A stretch of DNA of 63,484 bases, the filler included, from Octopus bimaculoides (lineage: Eukaryota), in NCBI RefSeq assembly GCF_001194135.2. It is 4 parts of 4 records of this genome, joined end to end, with 100 filler letters (N's around TTAATTAATTAA, not from the genome) between each part and the next. Parts side by side here need not be neighbours in the genome. Positions count along the whole stretch, not along the records: positions 20,597 to 44,835 come from NC_068983.1; 3 more parts are not named here. One strand, given 5' to 3'. The notes under the pieces were generated by a model. It saw only the letters and a list, made by a program, of their open reading frames with translations, did not search any database and was not told where the DNA came from. Within the stretch, counting starts at the first letter, position 1. Each line of letters opens with the position of its first letter. Position numbers and translations under genes: made by a program. This document shows, piece after piece, positions 23,504 through 35,547 of this stretch.

Positions 23504-23664
23504 TTTCATCCTTATGTTGAAAGGGATGCATGGCTGAAGAAGTAGAGCATCAGAGCGTGAATGAAATGTTTTGAGGTATTTACGGGTTTCGTTTAAGGGT
23601 GTGTGCCTTCCCAAGGGCCACTTTAATAGTCATTTTCTGAAAAATGAATAGGAGACAAATGTAG
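23504..23664 (+). other. candidate 5' UTR exon of the TLR gene
   Basis: Acceptor TTTTCTTCTCAG (AG 23502-23503) and donor TAG|GTGAGG (GT 23665); no transcript evidence. Confidence 0.35.
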
Positions 23665-23949
23665 GTGAGGATCGATGCACTTGACTATTCTCTCCCGTAA
23701 AATTAACATTGTGTCCCTGTCAATGGTCTTTAATATCAATAGATTTGGAATAATAGATAACATATTATTCCCTTTTTTGATCTAGAGCAAGAAGTATATT
23801 GCTGAATTTAAAATTTAACATATTATATACCAAATATTGTCCTTCACAGGATTCACTGATATATGTTTATTTCATGCTTCATTGTCTGAATGTGATTTAG
23901 TTTTAGTGTTTTGTAATATAAATTCTTTTGTAGTCTTAAATGTAGTGTC

Positions 23950-24059
23950 TCGTTTGAACTATTTCAGATATAGATGAAATGATGTCGACCTGAAATATTT
24001 AGAACAGAATGAAGCTTTGTAAATCAACCTATTCGAAGCTGTAACTAAATTCCTGCACA
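23950..24059 (+). promoter_or_regulatory. splice acceptor (AG 23966-23967) and uORF-containing leader of the TLR coding exon
   Basis: TTTGAACTATTTCAG acceptor 92 nt before the ATG; alternative acceptor TTGTCCTTCACAG (AG 23848-23849); three short uORFs in the leader. Confidence 0.45.
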
Positions 24060-26123
24060 ATGAATTCTTTGTCTCTAAGCGTACTCTTCCTGATTATTCA
24101 TGTTTCATATGGTGAAGCGAAAGAATGTCACGTTTTAAGAAAAGGGAGATGGTCATGTGAAGGCAGCACTTTTGTTCCAACATTTCCGCAGGACACTACA
24201 TCTATAACATTCACAGATCTAACCGTTAACAATTGGGACAATCAAACCTTTCAAAATTTGACAGAGCTGCCCTTACTAGAACATTTGTTAATTAAGACTA
24301 CCTTCCTTAAGACATCTACTAATGATGTATTTACTTATTTGAAGTATATACAAGAATTCGCAATTGTTAATCTTCAGTTGCCCCTTCCAGAATTACGAAA
24401 TGTGCTGTTTGGTTTACCACTGACTACAAAAAAATTAGTTTTCGCTGAAATGAAATTTGAAACTTTGAATAAAGATATATTTGATGGTCTCAGAGGAACA
24501 AACATTTCATCTATTTACATAAGGGTATCTACTATGTTACGTTTTGATGGTAGCTATTTCAATGGTATAGATAAATTAGATCAACTTACTCTTCAAGGAG
24601 ACAGTATTACCTCAGTTACCAGCTGGGGATATCTTCCTAATTTGACTTATCTAGATTTCTATTATAACGAAATTTCAACTCTACCAAAATTTATAAACGA
24701 GTCCGGATTTATATTTTACCCAAAACTTGAAAAGCTGTTCTTATGTTTATCAAGATTTTCTTATCTAAACAGCAATTTTTTCAAAGGATTAGACCGCCTA
24801 CATACTCTGGGTATTTATGTTGGTGATATCTTTTTAGTCAAATCGGATGTTTTCCAAGAATTGAAATGTCTACGAGCAGTAAGTTTACTATCTCATAAGC
24901 ACCATATCTTAAGATTTGAGCAAAACGTCTTCAAACTCAAATTATTGGAATCAGTGGAGCTAAATAACATTCATGTTGATATTAACGAAGGCAAACCGTC
25001 TGCGATATTTAAGTCGTGTCCACAACTAACAAATTTGATTCTGAAAAATGTCAGTAACATATACCCCAACGATTTACTGAAGCCATTGACTAAACTAGAA
25101 AATCTGATGATTACTGATGGGCAAGTGAGTAAAGTTCCAGATACGATTTGTAATATGAATAATCTAACAGAACTTTCTATTTTTTATACAACTGTTAGCA
25201 AATGGAACAACGCAAACTGCTCAGTTATGAGAGTATTGCGTAAACTTGTGCTAAAGGATAATAAAATTATCTACGTTAATCCCAAATTATTTTCCCATTT
25301 ACTATTCAGCAACGAGAAACTGCATATTGATCTCTCACGCAACCCATTTGTTTGCGACTGCAAAGCACTCTGGTTTCGAGACTGGTCACGGAAAAATGCA
25401 GGTAGATTGAAGAATTACAGAAATTATCGGTGCTTCAGTCCCAACTCACTTGGGCACATTCATTTGCGAAATTTTTCTCTAAGCTGGGATTACTGTGAAA
25501 ACATAAACAAACCATCATCTATCGCCATTGCTGGAGTGAGTGTAGGTGTACTGGCAGTCATGTTTGTATTTTTGGCAATATTATCATATACAAAACGATG
25601 GTCGATTCGTTTCTGTATTTACCAATCATTAGTAAGAAAGAGAAAATACAAAGCGCTCGTTAATAATGGCAGATATAAGTACGATGCGTTCATATGTTAT
25701 TGCAGCACTGACGTCAGCTGGGTTCTGAATAAACTTTTACCTATCATAGAAGAAGAAAACCATTTCAATTTATGTTTACATGACAGGGACTTTTTGGTTG
25801 GAAACGATATTGTTGATAATATCGTAGACAGCATGCAACAAAGCCGTAAGGTTGTTCTAGTTTTGTCAAATGATTTTGCTCAGAGTAGCTGGTGCCAGTT
25901 TGAAGCAAGTATTGCCCAGCAAAAGATTTTAGAAGAGCACTACGATATTATTATTCCTGTTTTGTTAAATGAGATTCCGTCGAATTTACAAACGAAAAGA
26001 CTTGGAGTTTTACTAAAACAGAAAACGTACCTGGAATGGCCGAATGACGAACAATATGAAGGAATGTTTTGGGAACGTTTTATAGGACGGCTGAACGCAA
26101 ATGATATCGACAATGAGATTTAG
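24060..26123 (+). CDS. TLR: Toll-like receptor, single-cysteine-cluster type, 687 aa, intronless CDS
   Basis: Uninterrupted ORF with A at -3; signal peptide MNSLSLSVLFLIIHVSYG; LRRs (e.g. LTYLDFYYNEISTLP, LRKLVLKDNKIIYV); LRR-CT NPFVCDC..YRCFSP..C from aa 428; TM aa 488-510; TIR box1 YDAFICY, box2 LCLHDRDFLVG, SRKVVLVLS..F.QS.WC.FE, box3 YLEWP..FW. A paralogue number cannot be assigned. Confidence 0.97.
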   Translation: MNSLSLSVLFLIIHVSYGEAKECHVLRKGRWSCEGSTFVPTFPQDTTSITFTDLTVNNWDNQTFQNLTELPLLEHLLIKTTFLKTSTNDVFTYLKYIQEFAIVNLQLPLPELRNVLFGLPLTTKKLVFAEMKFETLNKDIFDGLRGTNISSIYIRVSTMLRFDGSYFNGIDKLDQLTLQGDSITSVTSWGYLPNLTYLDFYYNEISTLPKFINESGFIFYPKLEKLFLCLSRFSYLNSNFFKGLDRLHTLGIYVGDIFLVKSDVFQELKCLRAVSLLSHKHHILRFEQNVFKLKLLESVELNNIHVDINEGKPSAIFKSCPQLTNLILKNVSNIYPNDLLKPLTKLENLMITDGQVSKVPDTICNMNNLTELSIFYTTVSKWNNANCSVMRVLRKLVLKDNKIIYVNPKLFSHLLFSNEKLHIDLSRNPFVCDCKALWFRDWSRKNAGRLKNYRNYRCFSPNSLGHIHLRNFSLSWDYCENINKPSSIAIAGVSVGVLAVMFVFLAILSYTKRWSIRFCIYQSLVRKRKYKALVNNGRYKYDAFICYCSTDVSWVLNKLLPIIEEENHFNLCLHDRDFLVGNDIVDNIVDSMQQSRKVVLVLSNDFAQSSWCQFEASIAQQKILEEHYDIIIPVLLNEIPSNLQTKRLGVLLKQKTYLEWPNDEQYEGMFWERFIGRLNANDIDNEI

Positions 26124-26374
26124 AGCTAAATGGTAGAGCATTAGTTTAAAAGGAGACAAACAAATACACGAGACAAGTAAAGTTGCTGCTAATGTATTGA
26201 TAAATAAGAAACCGTGATACAAATATCCAAAAGAGTCTTTATATTTGAATACTTTATATATAATTACTCTCCAATAGTTTTTTGACAAATTTCATACTCT
26301 GATAATATGTATATTTTCAGTATATTAATTTGTCTATTCAATTTTAAATCCATTGTATAATATAATTTGTAAAA

Positions 26375-26380
26375 AATAAA
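26375..26380 (+). terminator. candidate polyadenylation signal for TLR
   Basis: AATAAA ~250 nt after the stop, just before the (TACA)n microsatellite; AT-rich context makes chance occurrence likely. Confidence 0.35.
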
Positions 26381-27296
26381 CGTTACATTTTAAATATCTC
26401 TATACCAGCTCGTTCTTTCACACACATAATGCATACATACATATGCACATAATTCATACATACATACTTATATACATACATACATACATACATGCATACA
26501 TACATACGTACGTACATAGATGCATACATACATACATACCTGTAATTTATACCTTACCTGTAATTATTGGGGTACTCTCTAACACACTGCTTAAATAGCA
26601 ATATTGAAAATTTAGTCTTCTCAAAATCAGACAGTAGATAGCTAATTCGAAGACTACAGATCCAATTCATCACTAGAAGTGTACAAATCTGCAAAACATC
26701 TCAGAACTTTATCATTTAAGTATATATGAGCATGTCGAGACATTCAAGTATGTGCATGACAAGACATATATAAAACAAAACATACAAACCTGTACGTATA
26801 CATACATACATACATACATACATACAAAAACACCATTGTTGATATTGAAATTCCAATGAAGGGGCCTTGGATTTAGGTTAGAAACCGGTTCTTTCTTTAT
26901 TAGCAAGAAATCTCGAAATAAAACTGAATAATGGCATACATATATAATGCATGCATATATGCATAAATACATGAACGCATATATACACACATATGTACAT
27001 ACATACATAGATGCAGACATACATAAATACATACATACTCTAAAGGATTTGTAGGTACGTGGTATTTCGTTATGCAAACATAACATACTATAAAGTATAT
27101 TAAATTTTTTTTATAAGTCAATACCACGTCCTACTGCGTTAGGAGAGCTTTTTACATTATTTTGTTGAGAATATTTCTATAGATATTCTATAAAAAAATC
27201 ATAGCCATCACTTATAGTAACTATAATATTTCGTATCGAGACTTCCAATGCAAACAAAAAATGAGATCGACAAAAATGGGTAATGAGTGTATATGT

Positions 27297-27345
27297 TATA
27301 TTTCGGGGGTTGATGTCTCTTCATCAGTGGCTGTCTAACTCATTG
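27297..27345 (-). mobile_element. Penelope-like terminal fragment with decayed hammerhead-like core
   Basis: Minus strand CAGCCA-CTGATGA-A-GAGACATCAACCCCC-GAAA-TATA. Confidence 0.35.
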
Positions 27346-28035
27346 CCGCCTCTGAACACATTGCTTATATAGCCAACTCGTACAGAGGTGTTGAGTTATT
27401 GGACATACCAATATACATAGTAAACGCATTCCTAAGCTGCTATGTAAGCATTAGCGATATGAGGTATGTTGTACTTCGTTATGGAAACACGTTCCTACAA
27501 ATCATTAATGTTTACAAACCAGCACTGGGAATGCATTTCATATGTATACAGACGCACAACGCCGCTCGTAAGATAACAAAGAATCAGAAATAAACACAGC
27601 CGCCACAATAGATGATACCCGGTAGATTATGCAGACCCACGACAATTGTTTTCTCAACTTTTATACCCACCAATATACTCACAAAATTATGAACACCGAC
27701 ACTCCAACAATACAACATCTCTTTTCTATCTGCGAAACACATTCTTGCTTCTTTCATCCTACTTCCGGTCGATCAAAGGCCTCTATGCAAACAAGGTTCA
27801 CGTGGGCATTTTCACATCGATTGTTAATATTTTTACTAGACTTTCTTTTTCTTTCTTTCTTATTTTCTTGTCGATACCCATGTTCTGAATACGTACCATG
27901 TCTGAAATGCCATGATTAATCTTTTTTCTTGTTTTGTTTTGTAAGCTTTAAACAAATAAAATGAGTACAATTACTTTGTGATATTTCTCCGTGTCACTGT
28001 TGTTTTTGCTATAGTTTTGCTTTTTGGAGATCTTG

Positions 28036-28098
<63 letters not shown>

Positions 28099-28967
28099 TA
28101 AATACACATATACAAACAAACATATATACACACACATAACTATATATAGATATATAGATATATGTATNNNNNNNNNNNNNNNNNNNNNNNNNNNNNNNNN
28201 NNNNNNNNNNNNNNNNNNNNNNNNNNNNNNNNNNNNNNNNNNNNNNNNNNNNNNNNNNNNNNNNNNNNNNNNNNNNNNNNNNNNNNNNNNNNNNNNNNNN
28301 NNNNNNNNNNNNNNNNNNNNNNNNNNNNNNNNNNNNNNNNNNNNNNNNNNNNNNNNNNNNNNNNNNNNNNNNNNNNNNNNNNNNNNNNNNNNNNNNNNNN
28401 NNNNNNNNNNNNNNNNNNNNNNNNNNNNNNNNNNNNNNNNNNNNNNNNNNNNNNNNNNNNNNNNNNNNNNNNNNNNNNNNNNNNNNNNNNNNNNNNNNNN
28501 NNNNNNNNNNATATATATATATATGTATATATATATGTATATATTTATAGATATGCATATATATGTATATATTAAATATATATATATATAACATGTATAT
28601 AAATGTATATATATATGTAAATAAATATATTCACACAGATATACATATATAGATGTATATATACACACATATATATATATATGCATATATATATATATAC
28701 ATACATAGATATGTATATATAGTTCCTAATTTTGACCCTCCATAAATCCAAATTTTTATTTTGGTACTTATGGGAGCAACTGTCAACGAAGCCTCATATT
28801 GTCGTTCAATGCACGAAATGAGGAGTAGATAGAACGCCGACCACTGATGAAGGCTCGTCCTTTGTATTACTTTTCCATTTTCTCTCTCGTTGTTTGCGTA
28901 TATTACTCATTTGCTTTCGTAGTTCATGCTGCTTGGTGTTGGTGCGACGTATCTGGACCCATATATA

Positions 28968-29086
28968 CTTTGTAAGCCTAGTACTTATTCTATCGGTCTG
29001 TTTTGCCGAACCGCTAAGTGACGGGGACATAAAGACACCAGCATTGGCTGTCAAGCAATGCTAGGAGGACAAACACAAACCCCCCC
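28968..29086 (-). mobile_element. SINE family B body fragment ending in a gap
   Basis: AAGCCTAGTACTTATTCTATCGGTCTGTTTTGCCGAACCGCTAAG matches 21065-21165. Confidence 0.8.
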
Positions 29087-30820
29087 NNNNNNNNNNNNNN
29101 NNNNNNNNNNNNNNNNNNNNNNNNNNNNNNNNNNNNNNNNNNNNNNNNNNNNNNNNNNNNNNNNNNNNNNNNNNNNNNNNNNNNNNNNNNNNNNNNNNNN
29201 NNNNNNNNNNNNNNNNNNNNNNNNNNNNNNNNNNNNNNNNNNNNNNNNNNNNNNNNNNNNNNNNNNNNNNNNNNNNNNNNNNNNNNNNNNNNNNNNNNNN
29301 NNNNNNNNNNNNNNNNNNNNNNNNNNNNNNNNNNNNNNNNNNNNNNNNNNNNNNNNNNNNNNNNNNNNNNNNNNNNNNNNNNNNNNNNNNNNNNNNNNNN
29401 NNNNNNNNNNNNNNNNNNNNNNNNNNNNNNNNNNNNNNNNNNNNNNNNNNNNNNNNNNNNNNNNNNNNNNNNNNNNNNNNNNNNNNNNNNNNNNNNNNNN
29501 NNNNNNNNNNNNNNNNNNNNNNNNNNNNNNNNNNNNNNNNNNNNNNNNNNNNNNNNNNNNNNNNNNNNNNNNNNNNNNNNNNNNNNNNNNNNNNNNNNNN
29601 NNNNNNNNNNNNNNNNNNNNNNNNNNNNNNNNNNNNNNNNNNNNNNNNNNNNNNNNNNNNNNNNNNNNNNNNNNNNNNNNNNNNNNNNNNNNNNNNNNNN
29701 NNNNNNNNNNNNNNNNNNNNNNNNNNNNNNNNNNNNNNNNNNNNNNNNNNNNNNNNNNNNNNNNNNNNNNNNNNNNNNNNNNNNNNNNNNNNNNNNNNNN
29801 NNNNNNNNNNNNNNNNNNNNNNNNNNNNNNNNNNNNNNNNNNNNNNNNNNNNNNNNNNNNNNNNNNNNNNNNNNNNNNNNNNNNNNNNNNNNNNNNNNNN
29901 NNNNNNNNNNNNNNNNNNNNNNNNNNNNNNNNNNNNNNNNNNNNNNNNNNNNNNNNNNNNNNNNNNNNNNNNNNNNNNNNNNNNNNNNNNNNNNNNNNNN
30001 NNNNNNNNNNNNNNNNNNNNNNNNNNNNNNNNNNNNNNNTTTCTATCTTTATATAATAAGTATTTCATATTAATTCATTTGGTACTTATTGTTGGTTGAG
30101 ATATATATATATCTAATGATTGTTCTACTTACGATCTGACGAGTAGCTATATTTTTGAATAGAATTTATTTTCGATAATTTCAATTGATTTTAATCGATT
30201 TAAATTTCTTTTCTATTTGAAAATTAGTTATGAAACACGTGTAATCTTTTTATTATATTTATCTTATGATATTTACTTTACTTTATATTATACTCATTTA
30301 TTGTGTTTTTGATTATTAATTTTTCTATATGTGATAGTGGATTTTCATCGACGAGTTCTTGAAACTTGGTTATTTTCCCTAAAACTATATATTTTCCCTA
30401 AAACTATATATATATTTATATATATAAAGTTAATGTTTCTTATAAAGTATGTTTTTTAAGCATACTTCACAATATATGGGCTGTATTAAGAAGTGCTCAT
30501 TGCGTGCTAAATCGAAAGATAAGGGAAATTATAGAAGGAACACATCCAGGCAATCAACATAAATTCCAAAGCATGATTTAAAACACGCAACGAAATAAAT
30601 ATACATATAAATTTTATAATAAGTGAACAAAATTACATGTAAAATTCGTATGTGAATACTATGCATCATGTACTTTGGGTTCAGGTACCGAATGGAGGAA
30701 TGACAAATAAAGCGGTAAAAATTCGAAGGGGTTCCAAAAGAAACTGTTCGACTCGATTAAGAATTTATTGTTTATACGAAATGTCGGATGAGAGTTCAAC
30801 ATGCAAACCTTTACACACCT

Positions 30821-31160
30821 ATCATCATCATCATCATCATCATCGTTTAACGTCCGCTTTCCATACTAGCATGGGTTGGACGATTTGACTGAGGACTGGT
30901 GAAACCGGATAGCAACACCAGGCCCCAATCTGATTTGGCAGAGTTTCTACAGATGGATGCCCTTCCTAACGCCAACCACTCCGAGAGTGTAGTGGGTGCT
31001 TTTGCGTGTCACCCTCACGAAGGCCAGTCAGGCGTTACTGGCAACGGCCACGCTCAAAATGGCGTATTTTATGTGCCACCCGCACAAGAGCCAGTCCAGG
31101 GGCACTGGCAACGATCTCGCTCGAAAATCCTACGAAGGCTAGTCAGGCGGTACTGGCAGT
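30821..31160 (-). mobile_element. retroposon 3' end with (GAT)n tail (RTE 3' UTR or partner SINE)
   Basis: Minus strand ..GGTTGGCGTTAGGAAGGGCATCC..GGACGTTAAAC-(GAT)n; three internal imperfect GCCAGTCAGG..ACTGGCA repeats; shares a motif with 22610-22630. Confidence 0.65.
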
Positions 31161-31789
31161 GCTGTAAAATCAGAAGTCCTATACCAACTTGTACCGCTAA
31201 TTTTTTACATGTTGCCAAATACATAGATTGTAGATTCGGTCAACAATATTTAATAGCTTTATGATCTTATTTTTTACTCTTCCTTCCACACAATAGAATT
31301 AGTGTATAATGTTTTCTCTTCCACCCAATTCAGCAAATACACGGATGCTACGTAATCTTGCGACGACTTTTCTGAAATCTCTGTATTATACAAACAAGCA
31401 TTCCCTGTTGTCCTTATTACCCATTGCTTTTACAGATTCCTCTGTGTGTCACGTTGACACATTATTTATGTGTTTAAGTTTTTGACTCATTTATTGCAGT
31501 CATTTGAAGTTGTTAAACCTTTAGTTTCTTGTTTATGCACTGTATCTGCATCATGCCTGTGTCTCTGATTGTGTCAAAGATTTTCAGATAGTAGATGCCA
31601 ACGTAATTATAAGTAATCGTCGCTATTTTCGAATCTGAAATCAAATGCAAGTATCACATAAGTCTGCTGTATTTTATCCATCCAAGTATAAATGCGTGTA
31701 TATACAACTTGTACCATTTCTACACATAAATGATATCTTAATATTAATATATTGATGCGACCACCGAAAATACAGTTAGCATTATATCC

Positions 31790-32175
31790 CTATCTCCCGG
31801 GCAGGGTTTTGAACCCGTACTCTGGTCAGTTGGGGACAATGATATTTCCTTTGTGTCGTCGGCAACCACAGCTATTTTTAGCGTAGCTGCCCTCTTTCCG
31901 GTCACCGAAAGTTCAGCAGGACAGGAATTGGCGGGAAGCAGTCGGCCGAAGCAGTGAGCAGAGAATTTTGGCCAGTGGAGTTCTGGCAGCCGGCAGAGGC
32001 AGTCGAGCGGTAGCAGCCAGCCGGAGCGGTTGGGAGACAGCAGTTTGCCCGTGGAGATGGAGCCAGTCGAGTGAGATGAAGTGTGAAGATGAGAAAGAGA
32101 TAGGAGTCGAGCTCTGGGAGCCAGCAGGATCGGTTGTGTCGAGTGGTAGCAGTCGTCCGAAGCAGTTGGGTGACA
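31790..32175. repeat. GC-rich unclassified repeat with a 136-bp-spaced internal direct repeat
   Basis: Abrupt GC rise; 32002-32039 is similar to 32138-32175; runs into an 844-N gap. Confidence 0.5.
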
Positions 32176-33037
32176 NNNNNNNNNNNNNNNNNNNNNNNNN
32201 NNNNNNNNNNNNNNNNNNNNNNNNNNNNNNNNNNNNNNNNNNNNNNNNNNNNNNNNNNNNNNNNNNNNNNNNNNNNNNNNNNNNNNNNNNNNNNNNNNNN
32301 NNNNNNNNNNNNNNNNNNNNNNNNNNNNNNNNNNNNNNNNNNNNNNNNNNNNNNNNNNNNNNNNNNNNNNNNNNNNNNNNNNNNNNNNNNNNNNNNNNNN
32401 NNNNNNNNNNNNNNNNNNNNNNNNNNNNNNNNNNNNNNNNNNNNNNNNNNNNNNNNNNNNNNNNNNNNNNNNNNNNNNNNNNNNNNNNNNNNNNNNNNNN
32501 NNNNNNNNNNNNNNNNNNNNNNNNNNNNNNNNNNNNNNNNNNNNNNNNNNNNNNNNNNNNNNNNNNNNNNNNNNNNNNNNNNNNNNNNNNNNNNNNNNNN
32601 NNNNNNNNNNNNNNNNNNNNNNNNNNNNNNNNNNNNNNNNNNNNNNNNNNNNNNNNNNNNNNNNNNNNNNNNNNNNNNNNNNNNNNNNNNNNNNNNNNNN
32701 NNNNNNNNNNNNNNNNNNNNNNNNNNNNNNNNNNNNNNNNNNNNNNNNNNNNNNNNNNNNNNNNNNNNNNNNNNNNNNNNNNNNNNNNNNNNNNNNNNNN
32801 NNNNNNNNNNNNNNNNNNNNNNNNNNNNNNNNNNNNNNNNNNNNNNNNNNNNNNNNNNNNNNNNNNNNNNNNNNNNNNNNNNNNNNNNNNNNNNNNNNNN
32901 NNNNNNNNNNNNNNNNNNNNNNNNNNNNNNNNNNNNNNNNNNNNNNNNNNNNNNNNNNNNNNNNNNNNNNNNNNNNNNNNNNNNNNNNNNNNNNNNNNNN
33001 NNNNNNNNNNNNNNNNNNNATATATATATATATATAT

Positions 33038-33088
<51 letters not shown>

Positions 33089-35403
33089 CATAGCTGATCA
33101 TACAGAAACAGCAGGAGATAAGCAATTGATATGCTGAGATAGAGTAGTACAAAGAGAGTAAAGAAAGAAAATGTAACATAACTATGTAATAACCGAGAGA
33201 TTAATCACATTTAGGAAAAATTATAAAGATTTTAGATTTGGGTATAAAGTGGAATAAAATTCGTGTTTACAAGAGAGGATTTCATCAGAGACACTAGTGA
33301 GTAAATATGTGTTATGACGATGAAGACTAATGAGCGATTCCCTGCAACACAGCTTTACAACCATAGTAGTTAATGTTGTACTGCAAACCAGCATAAAGTA
33401 CAGGGAATATACTGGGACTTGATATGGTATATCTAGGGAAATAGAAAGTTTAAATTTCCTTATTCGAATCAATTCAAGTGAGTCCTTTAGCGGCGTTTGA
33501 AATGAACACTGCTGCCAATGTAGATCCTAGTCAGTGTTGATGCGGGGTTATAACCCGGCATTTATATGTGACATTATAGCCTAAATAAATATACATGTAT
33601 CGTACATTGTTTGGAGTCAAAACAATTGAAGGTTTTCCCATTAATGATTGGCTTAAGGTCAATCCATATTCTGATTTGATTCATAAGATCGGTCATCCTC
33701 TAGATAAGACCGTGAGGGTTATCGTTACCAGTATGAGGCTGGAATAGAACTAGGAGCGATATACAGTGTTGCTATAAGTGAAGTGGGTAGGATTTCCAAA
33801 GTTCATAATATTTGTATCTGTCGGATTATGGTGAGATCCAAGTTGGTAGTTCGTAGGGACCACAGTAAGAAGGCTAAGTTTTCGCTTATTAGAAGAAGCG
33901 ATCAATAAGTTCCTTCCATACAGCTCCACCTAAACACCACAAAACAGTAACGCTAAACCATCATCTTCCATACCCTATCATTAATGAGAGAGGAAACCTG
34001 GGTAAGCCAAATCCCCCAAACATGTAGTGTAAAAGACAACCTAAATGAATGAAAAAATATTAACGAAAACCAAAGTTCCCACAATAGTGAAAGCAAAACC
34101 AACAGTAAACATCACGGAATATCCAACTGTGGCATATTGTAGGCCTGTATTGATCATCTCATATCACGTGGTATTAAAGCTATGACTACTCACAAGTTAT
34201 TTATTCTTATTTTTGAACCCAGTTGCTCGGATACGATGTTTTCAGGCTGCTAGGGCAGCTTTGGCTTTGGGTTACGACGAAGATTATTCCTAATTTATTC
34301 ATGTTTTATTTATAGTGTATCAATTGAGGGCTTATGGTAAATTACGAACTTAAACATCGTACATTATTTCTTTTGTAAACTTCGGCCGTATTTCATTTAA
34401 ATAGCCGTTCTTGCTAACGATCTGCAATTGTTTGAGACTGTATAGTATAGAGTCTATGCCTATATTTTAATTCTAAGTTTATTCTTATGAAACTATATAT
34501 TCGATTATCAATTAGTTTGAACTTTTGTTTCATAGACTTAGTTAAACAAATTATTTATACAAATACTAAAAAAGAATGTTTTGAAAGACATACTACTATG
34601 CAATAAGAAATGCTTAATTTCAGCAGACAAAACGAAAATGCTGCAAGTATATATTTTATATATATANNNNNNNNNNNNNNNNNNNNNNNNATATATATAT
34701 ATATATATATAGTAAGTTACAGCTGAATAGTTTTTCAAATGGAATATGATTTCAAAGATTTCATTGCAAAGAAAACTTCTTTTGTTTAGTGATAACATGA
34801 ACGACATCATACAGAATAGTTTTGTTGCGTATTTTAAAAGACAAATATTACAGAAACTGAAAGAATCGAGTAAAATTGGCAACAGATCTGATTAAATTTG
34901 CATTCAAAGCTCATTCATGCATATTGTTCAATTGTTTAGCAATGTCAAAGATTTGTATGATGATATTAACGTATATGTCATATCACTGAACAACTTACAT
35001 TCCTCTGCAATGATTTCATATTGTATTTTGCTGGTATTTCGTGGTATCGATTTCAATAACACATAACCGAAACATACACAGGTACCTGGCACATCTACAT
35101 ACATTACATTAAATAACGAAAAGCAAAATAGCAGGTGTTGCATTGTATACGTTTTAATAACAGTTGGATTAATTTGCCACACTAAATCTCATTTATCATA
35201 ATATATTAAGGGGCGGAAGCATTCTGATCTGTAATATTGGTATTTAGGATAATGTTGAACATTATACCTCAGTGTGTTTTTTAACTGCTTGCAAGAATAT
35301 TTATGAAAACAAGAAGATAAAAAAAGAAATTTAATGGATAATAAATGAACAATTAATCTCAATGTGAAAGCAATCACAAAATAATTCATTTTGGAAAAAT
35401 TTG

Positions 35404-35434
<31 letters not shown>

Positions 35435-35485
35435 TCTCACTCTCTCTATCTCTCTCTCTCTATCTATCTATACACACACACACGC

Positions 35486-35547
<62 letters not shown>

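Noticed and set aside
30371-30409. Short local tandem duplications (also ~1494-1522, 37213-37250, 37718-37762, 48541-48628)
   Set aside because: Ordinary slippage products with no further structure.
32168-32175. LTR 3' terminus (..GTGACA)
   Set aside because: The motif is the end of an internal repeat also seen at 32032-32039; no partner LTR, PBS or PPT is visible.
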